Positions 1-8,965 of a DNA stretch of 49,302 nucleotides are shown one piece after another. Below the pieces are notes generated by a model. The model searched no databases. It saw only the letters and a program-made list of their open reading frames with translations, and was not told the origin of the DNA. The translations under genes were made by a program, and so were the position numbers. Position 1 is the stretch's first letter. Every line of letters starts with the position of its first letter. Source of the stretch: a plasmid; the sequence record NZ_CP102504.1. One strand, 5' to 3'.

Positions 1-882
1 ATGGCAGAGGACAGCAAACAGCTAACCAAAAGGCAGCAGAAAGCCATCGATACAGCGGCTCTAATCCGGCAGGAACCGCCGCAGGGTGATGATATGGCGT
101 TCACTCACTCCATTCTGTGCCAGGTCGGTTTGCCTCGTTCTAAAGTGGCCGGGCGCGAGTTTATGCGCCGCTCTGGTGATGCCTGGCTTGTTGTCCAGGC
201 CGGATGGCTGGATGAAGGTAATGGCCCGGTAGAGCAGCCGCTACCTTATGGGGCTATGCCGCGACTCACGTTCGCCTGGATTTCATCGTATGCACTGCGC
301 AACAAAACAAGGGAAATTTCCATCGGCCATAGCGCTAATGAGTTTCTTCACCTTATGGGGATGGACTCACAGGGAACCCGTCATAAAACGCTGCGTACAC
401 AAATGCAGGCACTGGCCGCGTGTCGTTTGCAGCTGGGCTTTAAGGGCCGGACCTATAACGGCCAGCCCGTCGAACAGTTTGATGCCTGGATCAAAGATGG
501 TGACGCGAAGCAGCTCACGCTATGGCCGGGAACACTCACCCTGTCCGAAGGCTATTATAACGGCCTGATAGACAGCGCCGTTCCGCTCGACAACAGAGCG
601 TTACATGTGCTGAAAGGCTCTGCACTGGCACTTGATATATACGCGTGGCTTGCTCACCGTCTCCACCGCATTGAGGGCCGTCCGGTTATTTTGTACTGGA
701 TGAAGCTACGAGAGCAGTTCGCCCAGGAATACAGCGGGAAGAATGCCGACAAGGATTTTAAACGGGCATTCATGCCAGCGCTGAAACAGGTGCTTTCAGT
801 ATACCCGGCGGCGAAGGTTGAGCAGGTTAAAGGCGGCTTATTGCTGTATTGTTCTCCTCCCCCTATTCCGTACAAATCGTGA
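1..882 (+). CDS. repA: Plasmid replication initiator (RepA-like, RPA/initiator-A type); window begins exactly at its ATG
   Basis: 293-aa ORF. N-terminal motif FTHSILCQVGLPRSK resembles replication-initiator-A proteins. Immediately followed by a terminator hairpin, DnaA boxes and five ~22-bp direct repeats. Family assignment from memory only, no search. Confidence 0.5.
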   Translation: MAEDSKQLTKRQQKAIDTAALIRQEPPQGDDMAFTHSILCQVGLPRSKVAGREFMRRSGDAWLVVQAGWLDEGNGPVEQPLPYGAMPRLTFAWISSYALRNKTREISIGHSANEFLHLMGMDSQGTRHKTLRTQMQALAACRLQLGFKGRTYNGQPVEQFDAWIKDGDAKQLTLWPGTLTLSEGYYNGLIDSAVPLDNRALHVLKGSALALDIYAWLAHRLHRIEGRPVILYWMKLREQFAQEYSGKNADKDFKRAFMPALKQVLSVYPAAKVEQVKGGLLLYCSPPPIPYKS

Positions 883-887
883 AAAAG

Positions 888-908
888 GCCCCGTGCGGGC
901 CTTTTGTT
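888..908 (+). terminator. Rho-independent terminator after rep gene
   Basis: aggccccgtgcgggcct hairpin followed by a T-run (ttttgttttt). Confidence 0.5.
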
Positions 909-910
909 TT

Positions 911-1130
911 TGTGGATAACCCTGTTTATTCAGCAAGTTATCCACGTTAAATCGCCCCCCCTCAACTGCGTTAAATCACCCCCCCTACTGCGTTAAATCG
1001 CCCCCCTCAGCTGCGTTAAATTACCCCCCCTAACCCACGTTATATTGCCCCCCCCCTAAACCTGTAAGGTGATCCTTTATGTTTTTCCTTTAATTTCTAC
1101 CTATAACAGATCCTATAATTACCCGGTGCA
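911..1130. other. Candidate oriV: two inverted DnaA boxes, five iteron-like repeats, then an AT-rich stretch
   Basis: tgtggataa at 911-919 is the reverse complement of the TTATCCACA consensus; ttatccacg at 938-946 matches 8 of 9. Five direct repeats of ~22 bp (GCGTTAAATCGCCCCCCTCA-type) span 944-1060. AT-rich 1075-1125. Confidence 0.5.
944..1060. repeat. Iteron-like direct repeats (5 x ~22 bp)
   Basis: cgttaaatcgcccccctcaact / gcgttaaatcaccccccctact / gcgttaaatcgcccccctcagct / gcgttaaattaccccccctaaccc / acgttatattgccccccccctaaacc. Confidence 0.6.
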
Positions 1131-1394
1131 ATATGTGGAAAACGAGTGTCAGAGCGTGACTGTAACGGCGGTGGATATTACGCTTCCTCGACCTGACAGA
1201 CTCGCCGCGTTGCGGCTCCCTAATCAGGTCTTGCGGCGAGCGTTGCGGGCGCTCTTTCAAAAGCTATTACTTTCGCTATAATCCAGAACTATCAGCATTT
1301 CCTTCGCTGATTCACCCGGAGGCCAGTTGCTGCCGCGACGGCCTCCCCCCTTCGTTTTATTAGTTCAATAGAGTAAAATCATTATTTACTAACA

Positions 1395-1423
1395 TTGACC
1401 GTTAGCGATGGCCGCTATATCAT
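1395..1423 (+). promoter_or_regulatory. Sigma70-like promoter (TTGACC, 17 nt, TATCAT) of the KorA-like gene; same tttactaaNattgac architecture as the CUP-like modules
   Basis: -35 at 1395-1400, -10 at 1418-1423 with a 17-nt spacer. Shares the upstream tttactaacattgac motif with the modules at 1823, 3348, 5784, 6747 and 8589. Confidence 0.5.
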
Positions 1424-1446
1424 GGGCTAATCGTTATCAACCAGGA

Positions 1447-1791
1447 ATGACAATGGCCCGCAAACAGACCCGCAGCATGACGCAAGAAGAATGGGATTTA
1501 CTCTTGCCCGCAATGCAGACGTTTACCCATCTTTCTACCGAGATCGGTCACTCAGTGCTGGTTAATGGAGAAAGCAATAAAGACGTGGCTGAACGTGTCG
1601 GACGGACAAAGCAAAACGTAGGTTCCACCGTGAAACGTATTTGGGATCTGTATCAGTCCGTCACCATAGAGGCAGGCGGTGAGAAACTTCGTAAAGTGGA
1701 TGTGTGGCTCCCTGAAGCAATGGCCCTGAAGGTGCTGAAGGAAGCCGAAAAATACGCCATCAACCAGAACAAAGCTGAACAACCCGAATAA
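1447..1791 (+). CDS. KorA/TrfB-like HTH repressor
   Basis: ORF 1408-1791, but the promoter -10 lies inside its 5' end, so the start is probably ATG 1447 (or 1453) after an AGGAA RBS. Segment VLVNGESNKDVAERVGRTKQNVGSTVKRIWDLY parallels IncP KorA VLVDGKPQATFATSLGLTRGAVSQAVHRVW. Confidence 0.5.
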   Translation: MTMARKQTRSMTQEEWDLLLPAMQTFTHLSTEIGHSVLVNGESNKDVAERVGRTKQNVGSTVKRIWDLYQSVTIEAGGEKLRKVDVWLPEAMALKVLKEAEKYAINQNKAEQPE

Positions 1792-1822
1792 GAAATAATA
1801 GTAAATATTTAGTTTACTTAGA

Positions 1823-1851
1823 TTGACTACAACCCTTCAAATTGCGATAAT
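1823..1851 (+). promoter_or_regulatory. CUP-like promoter module upstream of ssb (TTGACT, 17 nt, GATAAT) with a leader stem-loop
   Basis: -35 at 1823-1828, -10 at 1846-1851. Leader hairpin gggaagc-ccaca-gcttccc at 1861-1880, then AGGAGG RBS. Confidence 0.55.
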
Positions 1852-1898
1852 TATTTCTCCGGGAAGCCCACAGCTTCCCATTATCAGGAGGATAAATT

Positions 1899-2405
1899 AT
1901 GGCTTCACGCGGTGTTAACAAAGTAATTCTCGTTGGCAATTTAGGCCAGGACCCCGAAATGCGCTATATGCCTAATGGCGGCGCGGTCGCTAACCTGCGC
2001 CTTGCCACATCTGAATCATGGCGAGATAAGGCCACTGGCGAGCAGAAAGAAGTCACGGAATGGCATACGGTAGTTATCTTCGGCAAGCTGGCCGAGATTG
2101 CAGGCGAATACCTCCGCAAAGGTTCGCAGGTGTACATTGAAGGCCAGTTGCGCACCCGTAAATGGCAGGATAAGGACCAGCAAGATCGCTACTCAACGGA
2201 AATTGTGGTTAGCATGAACGGCGTTATGCAGATGCTGGGTGGTCGCCAGGGCGGCGGCGCTCCCGCTGGTCAGGGCGGTGGTTGGGGACAGCCACAACAA
2301 CCACAGTTTAGCGGTGGTGGTGCGCCAGCTGCTGCACCGGGGGCGCAAGGGCAGCAACCACAACAGGGCGCGATGCCGGACTTTGAAGATGATATTCCAT
2401 TTTGA
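1899..2405 (+). CDS. ssb: Single-stranded DNA-binding protein
   Basis: 168 aa. N-terminal OB-fold sequence [41 protein letters not shown], Gly/Gln-rich linker and acidic DDIPF tail typical of SSB. Confidence 0.95.
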   Translation: MASRGVNKVILVGNLGQDPEMRYMPNGGAVANLRLATSESWRDKATGEQKEVTEWHTVVIFGKLAEIAGEYLRKGSQVYIEGQLRTRKWQDKDQQDRYSTEIVVSMNGVMQMLGGRQGGGAPAGQGGGWGQPQQPQFSGGGAPAAAPGAQGQQPQQGAMPDFEDDIPF

Positions 2406-2454
2406 AGATCACACTTCCCTTCCCTAACCATGCGATTCACGCGCTGTAATGAAA

Positions 2455-2482
2455 ATAAAGCCCCGTCAGGGGCTTTTCTTAT
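2455..2482. terminator. Bidirectional terminator between ssb and the convergent sprT-like gene
   Basis: aaagccccgtcaggggcttttctt hairpin with A/T runs on both sides. Confidence 0.5.
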
Positions 2483-3264
2483 GAGGGCTGAAGTTCGGCC
2501 TTCTCGCAATGCTCCCCGCCGCAGAACACGACCAGACCCGGCTTACCCCACAGATTCACATGACACACCGGGCAGGTGTATTTTGCGCGGTTGGACTTGT
2601 TTACCGGGGTTTCTGGCGGCGGCGAAACAAACCTCATTGCCTCGATGATCTCATCGTCCAGTTCGCCGGGTTCGTCGGTGTAATCATCGTCCGGCTGATA
2701 CTCCCCATCATCTTCATCATCGATGTAGCCCTTTCCGCTGGGTGATTGCGGCGCTCCGGGTTTTGGCTGATACGGAGGAAATCGGTCCATCCAGGACAGC
2801 TGGAAATTACGCGTCAACAGTTCATCACACGCCTGGTCAAACGGACCGCCGGTAATGATGTAGTGGGTCATGCTTTGCCCTACCTTCTTTCCCCCTGCTT
2901 GTCCTGTATCGGAGGGCATTAAACCGACTCTTTCCATCAACGCGGCCCATTCTTTATTGTGATAGCCACGTCTTCCGGCCTTGCCGAAATGAAACTGCCA
3001 CTGGTGAACCATTTCATGCACCAGAGTGGATAACGTCGCCTTGATGGTGCGTATGGAGAAGTACACCGGGTTCATGGCTATTTCATCGACCATTTGCCCG
3101 CTCTCACGGCCAGCGAAGCGCTGAAACGAACAATAGCCGTAAGTGCGCTTTTCACGTTGCAGAGTGATCAGGCATGGCGGCAGCTCGTTATTAAAAAGCC
3201 GTTCATCAAAAAAATCATAGGCGTGCTGGAGTTCTTCGTAGGTTTCGGGTGTTGGCAATGTCAT
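2479..3264 (-). CDS. SprT-like zinc metalloprotease with C-terminal zinc ribbon (ArdC/SprT-type leading-region protein)
   Basis: ORF 2479-3384; start placed at ATG 3264 (MTLPTPETYEEL). Has the HEMVHQWQ HExxH motif and CPVCHVNL...CGGEHC zinc ribbon. Confidence 0.65.
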   Translation of the reverse strand: MTLPTPETYEELQHAYDFFDERLFNNELPPCLITLQREKRTYGYCSFQRFAGRESGQMVDEIAMNPVYFSIRTIKATLSTLVHEMVHQWQFHFGKAGRRGYHNKEWAALMERVGLMPSDTGQAGGKKVGQSMTHYIITGGPFDQACDELLTRNFQLSWMDRFPPYQPKPGAPQSPSGKGYIDDEDDGEYQPDDDYTDEPGELDDEIIEAMRFVSPPPETPVNKSNRAKYTCPVCHVNLWGKPGLVVFCGGEHCEKAELQPS

Positions 3265-3276
3265 GTTGCTTTCCTT

Positions 3277-3294
3277 CTGTATTGCGCAATACAG
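3277..3294. promoter_or_regulatory. Perfect 18-bp palindrome CTGTATTGCGCAATACAG (candidate operator) just upstream of the sprT-like start
   Basis: Self-complementary. The same core TGTATTG(T/C)GCAATACA recurs at 9191, 10829, 10880 and 10931. Confidence 0.55.
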
Positions 3295-3347
3295 AAAATA
3301 TACGACTCCTTGTGAGTAAAGTCTAACAAAATATGTGTTTACTAATA

Positions 3348-3376
3348 TTGACTTTGTGAGCAAAAAGAACGATACT
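3348..3376 (+). promoter_or_regulatory. CUP-like promoter module (TTGACT, 17 nt, GATACT) plus conserved leader upstream of the ardB-like gene
   Basis: -35 at 3348-3353, -10 at 3371-3376. The conserved leader catcaggaggcaataccgcccccggtaacacagcccaaagcggc follows. Confidence 0.6.
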
Positions 3377-3443
3377 TGTTTCATCAGGAGGCAATACCGC
3401 CCCCGGTAACACAGCCCAAAGCGGCAACCACGGAGTAAACACT

Positions 3444-3866
3444 ATGTCTAATATCGTCACTGCAAAAATCTACGGCCCCGCTCAGAAAATGCGTTTCCTT
3501 CCTTACGCGTTCGCAGAGTTTTATCTTCAGGCAGAAAACTACGTTTGCAGCTTCATGAAAAAATACGCTGTTGGCTATGATGGCGGCTGCTGGGAGTACA
3601 TCACATATGAAAACGGCGCGTGTGCGTTCATCGCGCCGGATGGCTACCAGCTCACGCTCCCTAACTATTTTGATGAACCAGTTAGTGCCAAAGAAGCCGG
3701 GATTATCGTTGCGCTGTATGCCTACAGCCACTTTTGCTGCGTGGCGTTTGAGCGTGGCTGGCAGCGTGTGAATGAGACGATGGCCGAGCGCTATCACACG
3801 CTGCGGGACTTTACCGAAACGCTCCCGCCAGAGTCACAGAGCCGTATTTTTCGGGCAATAGATTAA
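3444..3866 (+). CDS. ardB: ArdB/KlcA-family antirestriction protein
   Basis: 140 aa. Alignable by eye to the klcA product at 28987-29394, sharing the YAYSHF / LYLYSHL motifs and the C-terminal ...AID. Confidence 0.75.
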   Translation: MSNIVTAKIYGPAQKMRFLPYAFAEFYLQAENYVCSFMKKYAVGYDGGCWEYITYENGACAFIAPDGYQLTLPNYFDEPVSAKEAGIIVALYAYSHFCCVAFERGWQRVNETMAERYHTLRDFTETLPPESQSRIFRAID

Positions 3867-3916
3867 CCAGGAGCGGCGGGCATTTGCCCGCCTTACTCGT
3901 TCAGGAAGAAATGCTG

Positions 3917-4174
3917 ATGGTTACGACAGATGAAGTCTGGTTTCGGTATCTCGACTATTCGGGCCAGACAAAGGCGGTCCGGGTGGCATCCGTGCGGTTC
4001 TGGCCGGACATTCAGGAAACGATCTTTCCCCCTCTCCTGGTGCCGGAAGGCAAGCGCCGCGTTGTGCGCTGCCGCTGCGGGAGTAATGACTGGAATGAGG
4101 ATGGCCGCTGGCTGGGTGAATACTGCTGCGCCAGCTGCGGGCAATACATACAGGTATTTGAGAAAAAGGACTGA
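3917..4174 (+). CDS. Small hypothetical protein with a CxC...CxxC zinc-ribbon-like C-terminus
   Basis: ORF 3884-4174; ATG 3917 has the best spacing from AGGAAG. Cysteine pattern CRCGS...CCASCG. Confidence 0.4.
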   Translation: MVTTDEVWFRYLDYSGQTKAVRVASVRFWPDIQETIFPPLLVPEGKRRVVRCRCGSNDWNEDGRWLGEYCCASCGQYIQVFEKKD

Positions 4175-4177
4175 CAT

Positions 4178-4708
4178 ATGGCTTTCGACTTCAAAAAAGA
4201 GGATGCGGCCAAGTATGGCCGCGAGGTTTACCGGGCGTTTCGTAGTAAGGGCAATCACCGCTGGGATACGTGCGTTTTCGTGAATGAATCCGGGGCTTAC
4301 TCTGCCGTGTTCCGGCACTCGTTCCGCAAAAAGGTTATCGAGGATGGCAAAGAGATCCGGCGCAACGTCATTGATGATGAAATCGTGGTGGCCGCGCCGG
4401 ACGCGGGCAGTTTTACCAGGGCAAAATTCCCACAACTGGCCGACGCAAAGGAGCTGAAGCAATCCGGCTTTTTCGCCCGCTTACGGTTTCTTGCTGAAGC
4501 AGCTGCTTACCGTGAAGCGTGGCCGGGGCATGATGGCGGCGTGGTACTGATATGGGAAGGGAAAGCCTATGGCTGGAAAAATTGCCTGCGTGATGCCGGG
4601 TGTGAGCGCCCCGGCGCGATAGCGATCGACACTGACGGTCATGTTTTTATTGCTGAAGGCGGTAACGATTATGACGGCGCGAAATGCTGGGTAGCTATGC
4701 CATGTTAA
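4178..4708 (+). CDS. Hypothetical protein (leading-region gene)
   Basis: 176-aa ORF with an RBS, 3 nt after the previous stop. No motif recognised. Confidence 0.5.
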   Translation: MAFDFKKEDAAKYGREVYRAFRSKGNHRWDTCVFVNESGAYSAVFRHSFRKKVIEDGKEIRRNVIDDEIVVAAPDAGSFTRAKFPQLADAKELKQSGFFARLRFLAEAAAYREAWPGHDGGVVLIWEGKAYGWKNCLRDAGCERPGAIAIDTDGHVFIAEGGNDYDGAKCWVAMPC

Positions 4709-4710
4709 AA

Positions 4711-4742
4711 GGCGGGGAGTGGTCCCCCCGCCTTTAGCTACG
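4711..4742 (+). terminator. Rho-independent terminator
   Basis: aaaggcggggagtggtccccccgccttt hairpin. Confidence 0.55.
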
Positions 4743-4920
4743 TTTCCGCGCTCATCAATCGACAAATTCGCGGATCAGTTCCAGGATTGCAATCACAGCG
4801 TTTGACACCGCGACTACCGCCCGCAGAACGACGATTAACACGTTAATCATCCGTTTGCTCCATACAGAGCCGGAACGTCGCTGATTGCCCTTACATTGCC
4901 TGTCACAGCGACTACCCAAC

Positions 4921-5144
4921 GTCAATTGTTTGGTCGTTCCCGCTCCAGCCTGGGCATTGAAACAGCACCACCTGTTTTTCAACCAGGACTTTAATCCGTT
5001 CATGCCGCATAAGCGGGGAGCTGGAGCGAGGACGTTAACAGATTGACCCGCGCAGTATACCCTATTCCGCGTCGTTTGCATTTACGCTACCCATGACGTA
5101 ATATTTCGTTGTCAATTGTTTGGTCGTTCCCGCCTCAGTCTGGG
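4921..5144. repeat. Two ~35-bp direct repeats (gtcaattgtttggtcgttcccgc...) bracketing a large imperfect hairpin; candidate ssi / single-strand promoter
   Basis: Repeats at 4921-4955 and 5110-5144. Nested inverted repeats cgctccagc / gctggagcg and ttgaaacag / ctgtttttcaa lie between them. Confidence 0.35.
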
Positions 5145-5156
5145 GCAAAACATTAA

Positions 5157-5188
5157 AGCCCGATCTCACCAGTCGGGTTTTTTTGTGC
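5157..5188 (+). terminator. Weak terminator-like hairpin with a T7 run
   Basis: gcccga...tcgggttttttt. Confidence 0.3.
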
Positions 5189-5198
5189 CTGTCGTTTA

Positions 5199-5884
5199 CC
5201 TTTCCACGCTGGGCGTCGCCCTCCGGGCCGCTACGTTGTGCTGCGCATCGAGCCAGCCTTGCTGTCTCGCCCCTTCGGGCTTCCATCGCTGACGCATCAA
5301 AAATACTGAATGCCTGTTTTCCCTGCCCGCTGTCGCTAACTCACTGAAATAACGTAAAACCCGAAACGGGCGCCCGCCAGCTGCAGCTGCTTCTCAGCTG
5401 CTGTCGGCTGCGTGTGTCGTACAGCAAATTTGATCGTATCGGCCAGCGTCACCAGCGGCGCTGTAAGCCCGTTTACAGCCCATCCGGGCGCGTCAGCTGT
5501 GCTGACCCACCACGGACCCGGAAATCACGCCCAGCGCGTCGCAGAGCGCCGCACAGGCCGCTCACCGGGACAGGGCTTATGTGTGGCCGTGGCGTGGCGG
5601 CGGGAGCGGTGGAAAGGATGGCTTTGCAGGAAGGGGGATTATTACGGCTAAAGCCGTAACGCTTTTTAAGTCCTCGCGCTTTGCGCTGCGGGGCTTCCGG
5701 CGCGTTGCGCCTCCCATGCGCTCCGCGCATCTTTTTAACTGCGTAGCTTCATGAAATATAAGTAATAAATGTATTTACTAATATTGACTTTGAGGGCAAA
5801 AAGAGCGATACTTAATTCATCGGGAGGCAATACCGCCGCCCGGTGACACAGCCCAAAGCGGCGATTATCAGGAGTAACATCATG
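5199..5884 (+). repeat. CUP-like long direct repeat, copy A (~0.69 kb)
   Basis: Near-identical to 7910-8696 apart from a 105-bp insertion in copy B. Ends with a promoter/leader module. Confidence 0.8.
5784..5812 (+). promoter_or_regulatory. CUP-like promoter module (TTGACT, 17 nt, GATACT)
   Basis: -35 at 5784-5789, -10 at 5807-5812. Leader stem cgggaggc-aatacc-gccgcccg. Confidence 0.6.
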
Positions 5885-6673
5885 ACTACTTTAACTGTCG
5901 GCCAGTGCCTCACCTCTTTTAAAAACGAGTATGTAGTAAGCGCGGTTAATCTGGCTGACGGCAAAATCAGCTATACCATCCTCGGCCTGAATGCCCCAAC
6001 CTGCGCCCCGCTGCTGGAAACTTCCCTGCGCTTTTACCAGGTGATCGATAAGACCCTTCCACTCGATGAACTCCGCGCCCGCCGTCAGGTTGTGCAGAGT
6101 GTGACCGACCAGCGCGAAGCGAGACACCAGGCGAAAGAAGATGCCCGCCAGCTGGCGAACGAACGCGCCAGCGCTGACCCGGAAAACGCCGGATTGCTGA
6201 CCACGGCCACCGAAAGCAACACCACCAAGCTAGCCGCTAAAAACATCCGTATTCTGCTGAAAAAGCATTTCCCCGGAGTGAAGTTTTCTGTCCGTATGCG
6301 TGACTATAACGCGCTCTATGTTTCGTGGACGGATGGCCCAACCAAAGAGGCTGTAGAAGCGATTACAGACAAGTTTGAGGAAGGTAGCGTTAACTCAATG
6401 GAGGACATTTACGAATACAACATTACGGGCTTCCACCGTGTTTATGGTGGCGTGAAATACCTGTTTTGCTCACGCGACCTGACCGACGCGCTGATCGCTG
6501 AATCTATCGAACTGCTGCGCAAAGAATACGGCGAAACCACCATCCCGGCTGATGTAACGCTTGAGGCGTACAAATCCGGGGCGCTGGCGGGGCGCGGGCA
6601 TGACTGCTTTACCTGGGGGCTTGCAGCGCAAATCCGCATCAATGCGGGAAAGGTGGATAAATCCAGCCGCTGA
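5882..6673 (+). CDS. Hypothetical protein (leading-region, CUP-driven)
   Basis: ORF 5843-6673; the conserved leader runs to 5880, so ATG 5882 is used (MTTLTVGQ...), preceded by AGGAG. 263 aa. Confidence 0.55.
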   Translation: MTTLTVGQCLTSFKNEYVVSAVNLADGKISYTILGLNAPTCAPLLETSLRFYQVIDKTLPLDELRARRQVVQSVTDQREARHQAKEDARQLANERASADPENAGLLTTATESNTTKLAAKNIRILLKKHFPGVKFSVRMRDYNALYVSWTDGPTKEAVEAITDKFEEGSVNSMEDIYEYNITGFHRVYGGVKYLFCSRDLTDALIAESIELLRKEYGETTIPADVTLEAYKSGALAGRGHDCFTWGLAAQIRINAGKVDKSSR

Positions 6674-6746
6674 AATTAGCGCCCTTCGGGGCGCTTTTTG
6701 TTGGTAGAAGTGAATGAAATATATGTAATAAATGTATTTACTAATA

Positions 6747-6775
6747 TTGACTTAGAGGGCAAAAAAGGCGATACT
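6747..6775 (+). promoter_or_regulatory. CUP-like promoter module (TTGACT, 17 nt, GATACT)
   Basis: -35 at 6747-6752, -10 at 6770-6775, conserved leader. Confidence 0.6.
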
Positions 6776-6841
6776 TATTTCATCGGGAGGCAATACCGCC
6801 GCCCGATAACACAGCCCAAAGTGGCATCTAAGGAGTTATCT

Positions 6842-7111
6842 ATGAACTATCTGATCATCATCCCAATCGCGTTGATTCTCGCCGCCGCCGCGCTGGCCCT
6901 TCCGTGGTTTATGGTTCGCCAGGGCTACCGCGAACAAGTCCAGCTGGGCGGTGCGTGTACTACCGTGCTGGGGCTGGCCGCATCAACAGGCGTGTTTAGC
7001 TATGCCGATAATATGCCGCTGGCGCTGCTGTACGGCTCTGCGTCGGTCGTTTCATTCCTGTATGCGCTTGATTGCTTCCTGCCGCTTTACCTGTCACGTA
7101 AATCTCACTAA
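6842..7111 (+). CDS. Small hydrophobic membrane protein
   Basis: ORF 6698-7111; start taken at ATG 6842 after AAGGAG (MNYLIIIPIALILAAAALALPWF...). 89 aa with two predicted TM segments. Confidence 0.5.
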   Translation: MNYLIIIPIALILAAAALALPWFMVRQGYREQVQLGGACTTVLGLAASTGVFSYADNMPLALLYGSASVVSFLYALDCFLPLYLSRKSH

Positions 7112-7152
7112 CCCACAGGCGGGGGGAAACCCCCGCCAGCCTGGAGAAACAA

Positions 7153-7353
7153 ATGGAAAAAGGAAAACTCGCCCAGCAACAGGGTTTTGACCTGGAGTTG
7201 CAGATCCTGAAAAGCCAGAGGGGCTATTACATTGGCACGGCGACCAGTGAGGGCTACCCGGTATCAAGGGAATCAGCTGAATACTTCCCGGATAGCAGCA
7301 CCGCGCAGCAGGCTTTGACGGATAACCGCTGGACACAGCGAGAGGATTGTTAA
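7153..7353 (+). CDS. Small hypothetical protein
   Basis: 66 aa; GGAGAAAC RBS before the ATG; followed by a terminator hairpin. Confidence 0.45.
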   Translation: MEKGKLAQQQGFDLELQILKSQRGYYIGTATSEGYPVSRESAEYFPDSSTAQQALTDNRWTQREDC

Positions 7354-7360
7354 TTAAATT

Positions 7361-7386
7361 GCAGGGCGGCTAATCGCCGCCCTGCA
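7361..7386 (+). terminator. Terminator hairpin
   Basis: gcagggcggc-taat-cgccgccctgc. Confidence 0.55.
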
Positions 7387-7407
7387 TAACGAAAAGGAGG
7401 CCGGACG

Positions 7408-7905
7408 ATGGCTGACCATGACGACGCACCGGAAAAAATTAAGTGCCTGGAGTGCGGGAAGGAGTTTTCTTTCCTGGCCCCTCATTTGAGTAAAGCCCAC
7501 CAGATGAACGCCAGACAGTACCGGGAACGCTGGGGCATACCACTACACAGGCCGCTTGCCAGTGCCGAGCATTCCCGCCAGTGTCGGGAAAATGTTTTGC
7601 GCCGTATCCGGCGGGGCGAAATTCGCCCCGCTGACCAGCTCGCGCTCATGGCCGAAGGCCGGAAGAATGCTCCTGAACGTGCGACCAGCACCAGGTTGCA
7701 TAAAGTGGCGGCGGCGAACGTCGCGCGGGTACATCAGATATGGAAGCATTCTCCGGTGGTGAAGGTCGTTCCTGATACGCTCAGGGATGAAGCCGTGCAG
7801 AGAATGACGGCCAGAAAGGTGACTGGTGAGAAAGTTAAGGATATTGCTGCCGATCTGAATCTGTCGGTTGGGTGTCTGTACAAATGGGTGGCGAGCGCTA
7901 AATAG
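7408..7905 (+). CDS. Ros/MucR-family C2H2 zinc-finger regulator with a C-terminal HTH; candidate regulator of the CUP-like regulon
   Basis: 165 aa. CLECGKEFSFLAPHLSKAHQMNARQYRERWGIP matches the Ros/MucR motif CxxCxxxFxxLxxHLxxxHxxxxxxYRxxW. C-terminal VKDIAADLNLSVGCLYKWV is HTH-like. Strong AAGGAGG RBS. Confidence 0.65.
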   Translation: MADHDDAPEKIKCLECGKEFSFLAPHLSKAHQMNARQYRERWGIPLHRPLASAEHSRQCRENVLRRIRRGEIRPADQLALMAEGRKNAPERATSTRLHKVAAANVARVHQIWKHSPVVKVVPDTLRDEAVQRMTARKVTGEKVKDIAADLNLSVGCLYKWVASAK

Positions 7906-7909
7906 GGCG

Positions 7910-8696
7910 TCTCCCTGCGGGCCGCTACGTCGTGCTGCGCATCGAGCCAGCCTTGCTGTCTCGCCCCTTCGGGCTTCCATCGCTGACGCTTGTGATAAAC
8001 ATGGATTGTGCAGCTCAACGGGTATCAGTTCGTCAAGCCCGGCGCTTGCAGCGGCCAAAGGCCGCGCCGCGCCAACCGCCCCGCAACGGGGCTATAAGGC
8101 ATCAAAAATACTGAATGCCTGTTTTTCCTGCCTGCTGTCGCTAACTCACTGAAATAACGCAAAACCCAAAATGGGCGCCCGCCAGCTGCAGCTGCTTCTC
8201 AGCTGCTGTCGGCTGCGTGTGTCGTACAGCAAATTTGATCGTATCGGCCAGCGTCACCAGCGGCGCTGTAAGCCCGTTTACAGCCCATCCGGGCGCGTCA
8301 GCTGTGCTGACCCACCACGGACCCGGAAATCACGCCCAGCGCGTCGCAGAGCGCCGCACAGGCCGCTCACCGGGACAGGGCTTATGTGTGGCCGTGGCGT
8401 GGCGGCGGGAGCGGTGGAAAGGATGGCTTTGCAGGAAGGGGGATTATTACGGCTAAAGCCGTAACGCTTTTTAAGTCCTCGCGCTTTGCGCTGCGGGGCT
8501 TCCGGCGTGTTGCGCCTCCCATGCGCTCCGCGCATCTTTTTAACTGCGTAGCTTCATGAAATATAAGTAATAAATGTATTTACTAATATTGACTTTGAGG
8601 GCAAAAAGAGCGATACTTAATTCATCGGGAGGCAATACCGCCGCCCGGTAACACAGCCCAAAGCGGCAACCTACGGAGTCCCCAATGAAACAACAT
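7910..8696 (+). repeat. CUP-like long direct repeat, copy B (with a 105-bp insertion at 7988-8093)
   Basis: Aligns with 5199-5884. The inserted block carries a 29-bp sequence also found inverted at 46593-46625. Confidence 0.8.
8589..8617 (+). promoter_or_regulatory. CUP-like promoter module (TTGACT, 17 nt, GATACT)
   Basis: -35 at 8589-8594, -10 at 8612-8617, conserved leader. Confidence 0.6.
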
Positions 8697-8891
8697 ATCG
8701 CTGCAATTATTCGCGAATACAACACCCCTACAATAACCGTCGAAGTAGCCAATACAGACCGCTACGATAGCGAGCAAATCGAGATCCGCCAGGTTGTGGA
8801 TGGTCGCCTTGTCTGGCGAGCGTGGGACTATGAGACAGGTTTTGAAAATGACCTGCATCGCGAGCTGGCCTATTGCCATATCCCGGCCTGA
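8685..8891 (+). CDS. Small hypothetical protein
   Basis: 68 aa; GGAG RBS. Confidence 0.45.
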   Translation: MKQHIAAIIREYNTPTITVEVANTDRYDSEQIEIRQVVDGRLVWRAWDYETGFENDLHRELAYCHIPA

Positions 8892-8965
8892 TTGAGCTAT
8901 AAACACCCCGCCCGGTGAAATCCGGGCAATACAGCCCAAAGCGGCACTTATCAGGAGTAAGCCTA

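Noticed and set aside
5412-5730. GC-rich ORFs (79-85 aa) inside the long direct repeats, duplicated at 8217-8535
   Set aside because: - They overlap each other on both strands inside non-coding-looking repeat DNA.
- No RBS; Arg/Pro/Ala-rich composition typical of spurious GC-rich frames.
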